Positions 42,908 through 52,198 of a stretch of DNA of 64,000 bases are shown here, in pieces. The stretch lies in the NCBI GenBank assembly GCA_023262965.1, contig JALQXX010000004.1, positions 2,897 to 66,896 of the forward strand. The letters are read 5' to 3'. Source of the stretch: Candidatus Marinamargulisbacteria bacterium. GTDB taxonomy: Bacteria; Margulisbacteria; Marinamargulisbacteria; UBA817. How positions within the stretch are numbered: position 1 is the first letter of the stretch; every line of letters begins with the position of its first letter. The translations under genes were made by a program, and so were the position numbers. Under the pieces are notes generated by a model. The model searched no databases, was not told the origin of the DNA, and saw only the letters and a program-made list of their open reading frames with translations.

Positions 42908-43714
42908 CTAATGGAATGAATATTTTTTTATATAAAAACGAATAAGATTTAAAATGGTAGTTGAATCTTGAAGTTGAAATTTGAGTGAGAAATTATCCAT
43001 TGATTTTTTATTTATTTCTTTTTTTATTTTATTGATTTTTTGAACAAGCGTTTCTTCGCATTCAAAAATAGCTTCTCGGACCGATTGACCTTGACAAGCG
43101 CCAATATCTCCCAGACACATTGCCGCGGCACGTCTCAATTGAATACTATCATCTCCCGTAACAATATGTTTAATCGATTGGATGGGTTTTTCCCAGTAAC
43201 CTTCCAATTGCCTTGAAAAAAGTGTGATTACACGTAATTTTTGATCGGTATTACCATGCCCTAATATATATAATAAGGGGGTAAACATGTGTTTTTTGGG
43301 TGCCCATTGCTGTTCAATCATTGTTAATACCGATAGCGCAATGTCCGCAATGTCCTGGGTCCATGTAGTCGATATAATACGGTGGATATACTCAATAACC
43401 CGATTGCAACAGGCTTCCGTACGCTGACATATTTGCCCCATTTGATCAATGATATCCCATTGAACCCCGCCAAAGGTATACAATGATGAAATACGATACA
43501 ATCCCGCCACCGCTTTTGCGGCGTAATTGGGATGATTCACACCAATAAACCCCATCATTTGTATGGTTTTTGTAATAAATGCATGTTCAAATTCATAATT
43601 AAATGTGCTCCGATAATAATTGGTCTCTGTAACATCCGACAACGCAACCAACATGGACCCCCAATCATCACTGATATCTGTATTAGAATGTAATTCCGTA
43701 TTTTTTTTGATCAC
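42908..43714 (-). CDS. Hypothetical alpha-helical repeat (HEAT-like) protein
   Basis: 268 aa with no signal peptide. One HEAT/PBS-lyase-like element is present (DDSIQLRRAAAMCLGDIGA). The 3' end is AT-rich and lysine-rich. Confidence 0.35.
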   Translation of the reverse strand: MIKKNTELHSNTDISDDWGSMLVALSDVTETNYYRSTFNYEFEHAFITKTIQMMGFIGVNHPNYAAKAVAGLYRISSLYTFGGVQWDIIDQMGQICQRTEACCNRVIEYIHRIISTTWTQDIADIALSVLTMIEQQWAPKKHMFTPLLYILGHGNTDQKLRVITLFSRQLEGYWEKPIQSIKHIVTGDDSIQLRRAAAMCLGDIGACQGQSVREAIFECEETLVQKINKIKKEINKKSMDNFSLKFQLQDSTTILNLIRFYIKKYSFH

Positions 43715-43746
43715 TTACACCCCTCCTGGTACAATGATACCCAGAT

Positions 43747-44319
43747 ATGAATCGTTCAAAACATGCCGTATTGGAACCTATTATTTTTATTGGCATGGCG
43801 GGGGTTGGCAAAACAACCATCGCTAAATCAATTGCTAAAAAAACAAAAAGCCGTTTTTTGGACATTGATTCCGTAATAATGAACCATTACAATGCTCCTT
43901 TAGATACCATTATTCGTGAATTGGGCCACGACACCTTTATTGCAACAGAAGCGGCGTTTGTTCGCAACCATTTAAAGCCAAATACCATTTTAGCTCCCGG
44001 TGGTAGTTTTGTGTATGGACTAAACACCAATACGGACATAATAAATCAAAGCATTATTATCTATTTATACGATACGCCCGCCGCTATTTTAAAACGCATT
44101 CCCAATATTGAAACGCGGGGCATTGTGGGGCTAGGACCCAAATCCTTTGAAGATATTTGGGCTGAACGTCATGAGTTATACAATAAACTGGCCCATATTC
44201 GCTTTAATGTTGGCGAATATGGATTGTCGGAGAGTATTAACCGGATTCAATTTATTATTGACTTAATGCGCGTGCCCGAAGACCGTGCGGACTCGCATCC
44301 GTCACGAAAACATTTGTAA
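43747..44319 (+). CDS. aroK: Shikimate kinase
   Basis: 190 aa with P-loop IGMAGVGKTTIAK and LAPGGSFV. A C-terminal tail of about 20 aa overlaps the convergent miaB by 65 nt. Confidence 0.8.
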   Translation: MNRSKHAVLEPIIFIGMAGVGKTTIAKSIAKKTKSRFLDIDSVIMNHYNAPLDTIIRELGHDTFIATEAAFVRNHLKPNTILAPGGSFVYGLNTNTDIINQSIIIYLYDTPAAILKRIPNIETRGIVGLGPKSFEDIWAERHELYNKLAHIRFNVGEYGLSESINRIQFIIDLMRVPEDRADSHPSRKHL

Positions 44320-45562
44320 AGCTACCGATTGCAGCCCTATTATGGGCGGCATCCACATATACCAATACATTTGCGTCATTACGCCCAATAACCGTTTCAC
44401 CATCCCATCGCTCAACCAATATGGATTGAACTGTATTCACCCAACGTTTATTCTGATGTAGAGAGTGCTTTTTTTGTAGTTTAACCAGCTCTGTAATCCG
44501 TTGTGTTTTTTCATCCAATGGCACATCATCCGGAAATTTTAGTGCTGCACGCGTATTGGGCCGCTCCGAGTATTTAAAAATATACGCATGATCAAATTTT
44601 ACCGTTTCACATACACGAACAGTATCTAAAAATTCATCGTAGGTTTCTGTTGGAAATCCAACAATAATATCGGTTGATAGGGCCACCCCAGGAATAGCGT
44701 CACGCATTTTATGAATAAGTGTTAAAAATTCCGATTGTGTATACGTACGATTCATTTTCTTTAAAATACGATCGTTACCGGCTTGCAATGGCACATGAAT
44801 CTGTTTGCATATCGCCGGATTCGCCGCAATAACATCCAATAAATCATCGGGAAAATCTTTGGGATGTGGGGATGTAAATCGAATACGATCAATGGCCGTT
44901 TCTTGCGTAATACGCCGCATTAAATCGGTAAATGTATCGTTACCATACCGATAGGAGTTCACATTCTGACCCAACAACGTGACTTGCTTATACCCCTTAG
45001 CCACCAAATCATTGATCTCCGTAATGATGGAATCTGCCGATCGACTGCGTTCACGTCCACGCGTATACGGAACCACGCAAAATGTGCAAAAATTATTACA
45101 CCCACGCATAATGGCTAACCATGCATTGGCTCCCTCTGTTCGATTTGGAACAATGGTATCGTAGGTCTCAAATTCCGATAACGTCACATCAAACGGTTTG
45201 TCGGAATGCGTGGCATCCACGGCATCCGCAATCAGAGCCGGCAATTGTTTGTAACTATCCGGCCCCGCAATTAAATCAATCTGCAACCGATTATTGTCCA
45301 ATAATTGGGTTTTAAAATTGGTTGCCATGCATCCCAAAATACCCACAATCAAGGTCTTGTTCGCTCGCTTTAATGCGTGAATCCGATTCAATACTTTATT
45401 ATTTGCGTTTTCCCGAACCGAACAAGTGTTTAATAGCGCCACATCCGCCGCATCCACCGTAGGAATAATATGCATATTGGCATCTACCAAAATGGATTGC
45501 ACCAACTCGGTATCATAGGCGTTCATTTGACACCCATAGGTTTCAATATATACATTCGTCAT
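44255..45562 (-). CDS. miaB: tRNA-i6A37 methylthiotransferase MiaB (radical SAM)
   Basis: 435 aa with N-terminal YIETYGCQMNAYD, the radical-SAM motif CNNFCTFCVVP and a TRAM-like C-terminus. Confidence 0.88.
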   Translation of the reverse strand: MTNVYIETYGCQMNAYDTELVQSILVDANMHIIPTVDAADVALLNTCSVRENANNKVLNRIHALKRANKTLIVGILGCMATNFKTQLLDNNRLQIDLIAGPDSYKQLPALIADAVDATHSDKPFDVTLSEFETYDTIVPNRTEGANAWLAIMRGCNNFCTFCVVPYTRGRERSRSADSIITEINDLVAKGYKQVTLLGQNVNSYRYGNDTFTDLMRRITQETAIDRIRFTSPHPKDFPDDLLDVIAANPAICKQIHVPLQAGNDRILKKMNRTYTQSEFLTLIHKMRDAIPGVALSTDIIVGFPTETYDEFLDTVRVCETVKFDHAYIFKYSERPNTRAALKFPDDVPLDEKTQRITELVKLQKKHSLHQNKRWVNTVQSILVERWDGETVIGRNDANVLVYVDAAHNRAAIGSFTNVFVTDASPHGLRARALSQ

Positions 45563-46875
45563 ACTAATTCTCCGATCATTTGTAATGTTGAGGGCTCATA
45601 GACCAATTTTACCGGGTGCAACGTGTTTTTTAAGGAACGATCTGATGTCGTATAAACCGGCACAAATTGCTGCGTTTTCCCCACCCACACCCCCTTCTTT
45701 TTTTGCTCAAATAACACCGTCTGAATGGTATTGCTCTGCGCCTTCATAAATGCCTGCCACTTCTGTGTGTGCAAATCGCGCAAACGCTGACTGCGGCTCT
45801 GAATATCCGCGGAAGGAACCGAATTGGGGAATTTTCGTGAATGGGCCATCGTGCGCTCCGAATACCGAAATACATGAAAATAATCAATGGGGGCACGCGA
45901 TAAATACTGGTAGGTATCCTCAAACAAGCCGTCTGTTTCTCCAGGAAACCCCACAATCACATCGGTTCCAATACATATATTGGGAACCGCTCGTTTTATT
46001 TCGGTGATAAAATCATCGTACATGGACCGCGTATAGCGTCGCCGCATTTTATTTAAAATCGTATCGTTACCACTTTGAATCGGTAGATGCAAATACCGAC
46101 AAAAATTTGGATACGTCTGCCATAATTCAATCAATCGGGTATCCACTGTTGTGGGCTCAATCGATGATATGCGTATTCGTGTCGATGGCGACTGCCGCAA
46201 CAATGCCTCCAAAACATCATAAAAGTCATGCCCCTGATTGGCATAGGTACCCAAATTAATACCCGTAAGAACAATCTCCTTAACCCCCATATTGCAAAGC
46301 CCCTGGGCATCCGCCATAATGTCATCCCAATCCCGACTCCGTGCCGGCCCACGCGCAAACGGAATCACACAAAACGAACAATAAAAATCACAGCCATCCT
46401 GAATTTTTAGGTTCACCCGACAATGACTGGGATCAAAACTGGAGTATCCCTGGGAAAAGGGAGTCGAGGCAATTTTTTCAACATAAATACCTTTGGATTC
46501 ATTTAAAATAATGGGGGCAATTTGGGATTTATTGGCATTCCCAATCACCCATTTTACATTCTGCAGATCGGACAACTGTTGGGACTGCATCTGCGATTGA
46601 CAACCCACCAGCGCAATAGCGGGTTGAGTGCATGTTCGATTAATTTTGCGCACCAAGCGAATGGTATCTTTGTCCCCATTTTCAGTAACCGTGCATGTAT
46701 TAACAATAACAATATCCGGATCGTGTTCCATTCCCACTTCAGACAATCCCTTCGCATTGAGTGCCTGCCGGATAACGGCCGATTCTGCATGATTCAACCG
46801 ACACCCCTGCGATATCATTGTGAACGTTTTTGTTTGATTCATTATAACTGGCAGTATATCAAAATGCTGCGACAT
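45559..46875 (-). CDS. mtaB: MtaB-like radical-SAM methylthiotransferase
   Basis: QGCRLNHAESA, CDFYCSFCVIP and ISSIEP motifs. The start is ambiguous (46890, 46875 or 46842). An ATGA overlap links it to the downstream miaB start. Confidence 0.75.
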   Translation of the reverse strand: MSQHFDILPVIMNQTKTFTMISQGCRLNHAESAVIRQALNAKGLSEVGMEHDPDIVIVNTCTVTENGDKDTIRLVRKINRTCTQPAIALVGCQSQMQSQQLSDLQNVKWVIGNANKSQIAPIILNESKGIYVEKIASTPFSQGYSSFDPSHCRVNLKIQDGCDFYCSFCVIPFARGPARSRDWDDIMADAQGLCNMGVKEIVLTGINLGTYANQGHDFYDVLEALLRQSPSTRIRISSIEPTTVDTRLIELWQTYPNFCRYLHLPIQSGNDTILNKMRRRYTRSMYDDFITEIKRAVPNICIGTDVIVGFPGETDGLFEDTYQYLSRAPIDYFHVFRYSERTMAHSRKFPNSVPSADIQSRSQRLRDLHTQKWQAFMKAQSNTIQTVLFEQKKKGVWVGKTQQFVPVYTTSDRSLKNTLHPVKLVYEPSTLQMIGELV

Positions 46876-46971
46876 TCGCCACGCCCTCAATAAATCAAGT
46901 TATTAAAAAAAAATTGTTTTAATTAATTATTTTTTATATTATTATTTTATTGAATTAAAAAGGAGTTTAAT

Positions 46972-48228
46972 ATGCAATTACTATCCAAAACGAATAATCA
47001 ATACATACAACTAGGAAAACGGAGGGCGGCGTCTGGGGCAGCATCTGGGGCAGCATCTGGGGCAGCATCTGGGGCAGCGTCTGGGGCAGCGTCTGGGGCA
47101 GCGTCTCCTACTAAAAAACCGAGAAAATTGTTAATGGATACCCCCACAACAAATCTTCAACCGCCTATTTACACTCACCCCAACTCTATTTTGGGGCAAC
47201 AAAAATATACGATTCTACTTAGAAAAATGGGCACGTTTGCACGATGCAGCGCCAGAATAGTCGCTGCTAATCATAAAGAAAGCCACCATAACTACGAAGA
47301 TGGTGCCGCTGTGTTTGATACGGCTCTTGGTACAATGATGATTGTATGTGATGGCGTATCCGGCGCTCAATCAACTGAAACACCGTCATTTATTCATAAT
47401 AAAATTATAAGCCAATTTATCACAATAGGTCAAAATTTTAATTTTGACAATCTTAGCAAATCTACAGGGGAAAAGCTTAAAGAATTCATTAAATTTGTTT
47501 TTAAAAGCATAATAACAAAAACGCAAAATGACAGTCCGCTAAGAATTCCCTCAACAACATTCACCTGTTTATGCATCGACAACAATAAGAATCTTCATTA
47601 TTACATAATGGGTGATTCCGGATTTATTGTGAAGCGTAATGGCGCCTTGATTCACAATTATTCTACCGGTATACAAACACCTCAACTTGAATGGAGAGAT
47701 TTTTTAACAAACGATGTTAATACATTATATCGATATATTGTGCCATGCCCGCTGCAAATACGATCAATGGAAACCAACATTTCTGCGGTGCTGGATGATC
47801 CATTGATTAAAACAGGCCAGCTAACACTGGAAGACGGCGACGCGATATACGCAGGTAGCGATGGTATTTGGGACAATATTAGCCTTGATCATGTATGTCA
47901 TGACATTGAAAACCAGCCACAAAAAAATTCAATGAAAGATGGATTTTTAAAATTTTGGAATACCACATTTGATAATTGGGAAAAATTAATCGAGCGTATT
48001 CCAACGGTATGTTTTACTGAAACAAAGAAAAAGATTGAAGAAAAAAGGACAGCATTTCTTGATAAATTGAATGATTCAAAATGGCCTGAAATCAAACCAG
48101 ATGATGCCACATTGATTGCATGCACCGTTCAATCACCAACAGGCACATCATTATCCGATCCAATTATTACACTCCCCGAGGATAAATCGCACGAATTTGT
48201 AGCGAATATCCGTAAATATGCCCTGTAA
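46972..48228 (+). CDS. PTC7/SpoIIE-like PP2C-family phosphatase with an N-terminal (AASG)n repeat and a basic KKPRK motif
   Basis: 418 aa with PPM motifs CDGVSGAQ, MGDSGFIVKRNG, AGSDGIWDN and KPDDATLIACTV. Residues 19-45 are the (AASG)n repeat, followed by PTKKPRKL. The gene and its leader are strongly AT-rich, with AAAGGAG upstream of the ATG. Confidence 0.7.
   Translation: MQLLSKTNNQYIQLGKRRAASGAASGAASGAASGAASGAASGAASPTKKPRKLLMDTPTTNLQPPIYTHPNSILGQQKYTILLRKMGTFARCSARIVAANHKESHHNYEDGAAVFDTALGTMMIVCDGVSGAQSTETPSFIHNKIISQFITIGQNFNFDNLSKSTGEKLKEFIKFVFKSIITKTQNDSPLRIPSTTFTCLCIDNNKNLHYYIMGDSGFIVKRNGALIHNYSTGIQTPQLEWRDFLTNDVNTLYRYIVPCPLQIRSMETNISAVLDDPLIKTGQLTLEDGDAIYAGSDGIWDNISLDHVCHDIENQPQKNSMKDGFLKFWNTTFDNWEKLIERIPTVCFTETKKKIEEKRTAFLDKLNDSKWPEIKPDDATLIACTVQSPTGTSLSDPIITLPEDKSHEFVANIRKYAL
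47026..47106 (+). repeat. 12-bp in-frame tandem repeat (about 6.7 units) encoding (AASG)n
   Basis: The unit is GCN TCT GGG GCA. Three units use GCA TCT and the flanking units use GCG TCT, so two sub-variants sit in blocks. Confidence 0.95.
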
Positions 48229-48240
48229 TGATCTGTCTTT

Positions 48241-49230
48241 TTAGCAAGAATGTGGGTTACACGGAAACACCCGATTCAAAGCGGCCTGAATATCGGGGGT
48301 TAAGGCCGCTATAGCCCCCACACTCGCCACATTTTCCTGCAATTGCGCCCGATTGGATGCTCCCAAAATAACCGTGGATACTTGCGGATTCAATAAACAC
48401 CAGGCAATGGCTATTTGCGCCATTGTAAATTCCGCAAGCGGCTCAATAATGGCTTTCAATTGGTCCACCTGTTGAATCCGTAAACGGCCTTGATCACTGT
48501 AGTAGCGATCGGCAAGCCAGGTATAGTCGGGCAAACCAAACCGTGCGCCTTTCGGAATACCGTGTTGATATTTGCCACTCAAAAATCCCGAGCATAATGG
48601 CGACCATGTGGTTGTTCCCATGCCGTAAGTTGCCAATACCGGTTTTAGTTGAACTTCCATATTGGAACGATTCATGAGATTGTATTCCGGCTGCTCCATA
48701 ATCGGCGCATGCCACCCGTATTTTTGGGCCAGTTTATGGGCCTCAATCAGATGATTAGGACGCCATTCCGACGTGCCCCAATACAGTACCTTTCCTTGAA
48801 CAATTAAATCGTTCATCGCCATAACCGTTTCACGAATAGGGGTATCCGGATCCGGACGATGGCAAAAATACAAATCCAAATAATCCACGCCTAAGCGATT
48901 TAAAGCGCCGTGACACGCATCATGAATATGTTTTCGAGATAACCCGCGCTGGGTCGGTTTATCACCGCCCCAAAACACTTTCGATGACACACAAAATGTA
49001 TCCCGCCCCCATCCGGTTTTTTTTAAAACAGCCCCCATCAATCGCTCGGATTCTCCCTGCGCATACACCTCCGCGTTATCAAAAAAATTGATGCCCTGAT
49101 CATACGCATACGTCATTAAATCATACGCCATATCACAATCGACTTGATTACCAAAGGTCACCCAAGACCCTAATGATAACTGGCTCAATTTAAGACCCGA
49201 TGCCCCCAATTGACGATACCCTATTGTCAT
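48241..49230 (-). CDS. Aldo/keto reductase (Kv-beta / Tas-like)
   Basis: The start is taken at ATG 49230 (MTIGYRQLGASGLKLSQLSLGSW), which forms an ATGA overlap with the proA-like stop. FFDNAEVYA and LDLYFCHRPD are present. The track ORF extends to 49383 inside the upstream gene. Confidence 0.85.
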   Translation of the reverse strand: MTIGYRQLGASGLKLSQLSLGSWVTFGNQVDCDMAYDLMTYAYDQGINFFDNAEVYAQGESERLMGAVLKKTGWGRDTFCVSSKVFWGGDKPTQRGLSRKHIHDACHGALNRLGVDYLDLYFCHRPDPDTPIRETVMAMNDLIVQGKVLYWGTSEWRPNHLIEAHKLAQKYGWHAPIMEQPEYNLMNRSNMEVQLKPVLATYGMGTTTWSPLCSGFLSGKYQHGIPKGARFGLPDYTWLADRYYSDQGRLRIQQVDQLKAIIEPLAEFTMAQIAIAWCLLNPQVSTVILGASNRAQLQENVASVGAIAALTPDIQAALNRVFPCNPHSC

Positions 49231-50732
49231 CGTTTTAGACGCGATAACGCCTGCTCCATATATATACGCTGGGTCACCACCGTATCCCCACTTAACACAC
49301 CCGATCGAGCTAATAATCGACCGTTCTCCCAATTGGATAATCCCAATTCTGGCGTATGAAAAATATAATGGCCGTCTACCCAACGCGTCATGCCATTCCC
49401 CACAAATGGGGCATTGACCGCCTTAAAAAAAGACGATTGTTCCGATGCTGAATCCGAAATCAAGCTAGCGATAAATTGCGGTGAATACCGATTAAATAAA
49501 GCCACCGCTTCATCGATTGACGCAACCGCAATCAGGCTGATTTCGGGGGTTTTTTCCCACTCCCATTCACGCCCCAGCTCACTTCGATCAATGGTGTCGT
49601 ACTGATATTCATCGCAAACCCCCGCGGCACGATGCACCGTAACATACGACTCACGCATCTCCGGCGATAAAAACCGACGTGTGCTGGATTCAACGTGCAC
49701 CTTAAACGACGCCCCTAAATGATCGCCCGCTTCTGCCAACGCCGCCTGTATAATCGGAAGCTGACGGGACATTTCCGACTCCAATACACACAGCGTATTC
49801 AAGGTGTTACACACTTTGCGATCCAAGGAACAAACAATCGCATCGTGTAAGCGACGACCATCCGTGAACGCACTGGTAACCATCCAAGCCCCACCCGTGC
49901 CATGCACGCTAACGGGAATGCCTGATTGGCGTGCAATACTACTGAGCATACGCACCGCTTTACCACTGCCTCGTGCCACCGCCAACCCAATATCTGAATG
50001 GGAAAATAATGCCCATCCAGCGGATCGTTGCGACGAATCTATGAGTTGAATAGCGTGCCGAGATATGCCGGCCGCATCCAACGCCGGATAAATCACTGTA
50101 TTCATAATAGCCACGGCTGTCTGTAAGGCATCACTACCAACCCGAAACACAACCGCATTTCCCGATTTCAATAAACCCGTGGCATCCACAATCACATTCG
50201 GCCGGCCTTCAAATACAAACCCAACAATACCTAAGGGACTTGCCTGAACCGTTGCCACCCACCCATCATGCCGCCTCTGTTGAACGACATCGTTTATCGA
50301 CACAGCCTGTTGTTGAATGCTTCTAACACACTCAATCATGTTTTTTCGACAACGATCATCCGCGACTAACCGTGTTGTCGACCGCCCTTTTTTTTGAGCA
50401 TTCTCAACATCATGATTATTAATCGATTGAATGGTTTGCCATCGATTGTCATCGGACAGATATGCCAACACATATCCATAAAACGCATCAATAACCGACG
50501 CATCCAAGGTAGCCAGTGATTCAAATCCGTTTTGCGCATTCCGCATCATTTTATCCAGCGCATCAATGTCCTCTTTGGGAATAATGATTGGCTCCGATTC
50601 GCCATCAATACAATACACCTTATCTCCCGATTTGAATTGATTCGCGAACGATTCTGTAACGGTATAGACCGAATTGCCATTGGATACCAGCTGCATGCCC
50701 GGAGTGAGTGTTTCCAATACCTGTTTGGTCAC
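49227..50732 (-). CDS. Gamma-glutamyl-phosphate-reductase (ProA)-like aldehyde dehydrogenase with an N-terminal extension
   Basis: 501 aa with EGRPNVIVDATGLLKSGNAVVFR and a catalytic-Cys context DRKVCNTLNTLCV resembling ProA. It has about 60 extra N-terminal residues. No proB is nearby. Confidence 0.6.
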   Translation of the reverse strand: MTKQVLETLTPGMQLVSNGNSVYTVTESFANQFKSGDKVYCIDGESEPIIIPKEDIDALDKMMRNAQNGFESLATLDASVIDAFYGYVLAYLSDDNRWQTIQSINNHDVENAQKKGRSTTRLVADDRCRKNMIECVRSIQQQAVSINDVVQQRRHDGWVATVQASPLGIVGFVFEGRPNVIVDATGLLKSGNAVVFRVGSDALQTAVAIMNTVIYPALDAAGISRHAIQLIDSSQRSAGWALFSHSDIGLAVARGSGKAVRMLSSIARQSGIPVSVHGTGGAWMVTSAFTDGRRLHDAIVCSLDRKVCNTLNTLCVLESEMSRQLPIIQAALAEAGDHLGASFKVHVESSTRRFLSPEMRESYVTVHRAAGVCDEYQYDTIDRSELGREWEWEKTPEISLIAVASIDEAVALFNRYSPQFIASLISDSASEQSSFFKAVNAPFVGNGMTRWVDGHYIFHTPELGLSNWENGRLLARSGVLSGDTVVTQRIYMEQALSRLKR

Positions 50733-51694
50733 TGTAGTATATCCACAATATCCAATGCCCCATACGTTACAATAATCGAGGCACCGGCACGCTTAATCGC
50801 CGTTAAACTTTCGTATAACGCTTCTGAAAAATCAATGTACCCATCACGGGCCGCTGAATGCAGCATGGCATACTCCCCGCTAACATGATAAGCGGCCACA
50901 GGTAATGGGGTTGACGCTCTAAAATCCGAAATAATATCCAAATACAAGGTTGCTGGCTTGACCATAATAATATCCGCACCTTCCGCAACATCCAAATCCA
51001 ATTCAATAGCGGCTTCATAGCGATTACTATAATTCATTTGATACGTTTTTTTATCGCCAAACTGGGGCAATGACGCCAACGCATCCCGAAATGGCCCATA
51101 TAAATGAGAGGCATATTTCGCCGTATACGCCATGATCAATGTATCGTGATAACCATCATTATCCAAAGCGTCCCGAATAGCCAATACTCGACCATCCATC
51201 ATATCGGAAGGAGCCACAATATCCACCCCTGCCGCCGCTTGATTACAGGCCATTTTTGCCAAAATATCCAGGGTATCGTCATTGACAATTGCGCCATTTT
51301 TAACAATCCCGTCATGGCCATATGATGAGTAGGGATCCAAGGCAATGTCTCCACAAACAATAATATCATCACCAAATGCTTTTTTGATGCGCCGCGTTAC
51401 CTGACATACCAAATTGTCGGGATTTACCGCCTCATCGCATTCAGGGGATTTTTTATCGGAATCAATAACAGGAAATAACGCAATAGCACGAATTCCTTTG
51501 GTAAGGATATGCTCACAATGAGCCATCAGTGAAATTGCATCAACCCGCTGGTGCCCCGGCAAATGCGCTATCGGGGTACTTTCCAATTGATCATGGACGA
51601 AAATAGGTAAAACAAAATCATTTTTATGCAAACGAAACTCTTGCACCATATCACGTATGGCTGGGTTACGTCTAAGTCTTCGGGGTCTAAACAT
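50729..51694 (-). CDS. hemB: Porphobilinogen synthase (delta-aminolevulinate dehydratase)
   Basis: 321 aa with RPRRLR and VKPA motifs. The metal site reads DIALDPYSSYGHDG, the aspartate-rich Mg-type rather than the Cys-rich Zn-type. Confidence 0.92.
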   Translation of the reverse strand: MFRPRRLRRNPAIRDMVQEFRLHKNDFVLPIFVHDQLESTPIAHLPGHQRVDAISLMAHCEHILTKGIRAIALFPVIDSDKKSPECDEAVNPDNLVCQVTRRIKKAFGDDIIVCGDIALDPYSSYGHDGIVKNGAIVNDDTLDILAKMACNQAAAGVDIVAPSDMMDGRVLAIRDALDNDGYHDTLIMAYTAKYASHLYGPFRDALASLPQFGDKKTYQMNYSNRYEAAIELDLDVAEGADIIMVKPATLYLDIISDFRASTPLPVAAYHVSGEYAMLHSAARDGYIDFSEALYESLTAIKRAGASIIVTYGALDIVDILQ

Positions 51695-51748
51695 GATTCC
51701 TATATTATAGTGATATCCCTATAAAAAATCCAACGAAACGATTTTCCA

Positions 51749-52111
51749 TTAACAAGAACAACGGTTTTTAGACCGCCATCGGTATCGATTTTTAGCAATC
51801 CAATCATACAGTGTATCCCCCAATTGTACCGGAATACTCCTTAATAAAACCGCCAGTAACCGCCAGGGCCACACCATTTGCATGCCAATATGCGTAACCG
51901 CTGCGTATTTAATGATCCACAGAGACCGATTATGATTGTAAACAATCATCGTATCAAGGTTACGTATCGAATCGGGAATGGATTCCCGCACCTGAGGAAC
52001 GTCCAAGGAGCACCACAACACCCGTCCTGGAATCATCCGCTTGACAGCCCAACCCATCAACCCCGAACATGCCGGGCATTGACCATCATAAAATACGGTG
52101 ATAACTACCAT
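51749..52111 (-). CDS. DCC-family thiol-disulfide oxidoreductase (DUF393)
   Basis: VFYDGQCPACSG motif. The start is taken at Met 52111; the track ORF starts at 52150. Confidence 0.65.
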   Translation of the reverse strand: MVVITVFYDGQCPACSGLMGWAVKRMIPGRVLWCSLDVPQVRESIPDSIRNLDTMIVYNHNRSLWIIKYAAVTHIGMQMVWPWRLLAVLLRSIPVQLGDTLYDWIAKNRYRWRSKNRCSC

Positions 52112-52198
52112 TACTCTGTGCACTGTACAAAAAAATACGGCCACAATCAATCATTTTTAGAGTGCCTCAATACCGATCATATGATATACTAATAGCAA

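Noticed and set aside
49231-49383. 5' extension of the aldo/keto reductase ORF
   Set aside because: It lies inside the proA-like coding region. The AKR consensus N-terminus (MTIGYRQLG.SGL..S.L.LG.W) starts at ATG 49230, forming an ATGA overlap with the upstream stop.
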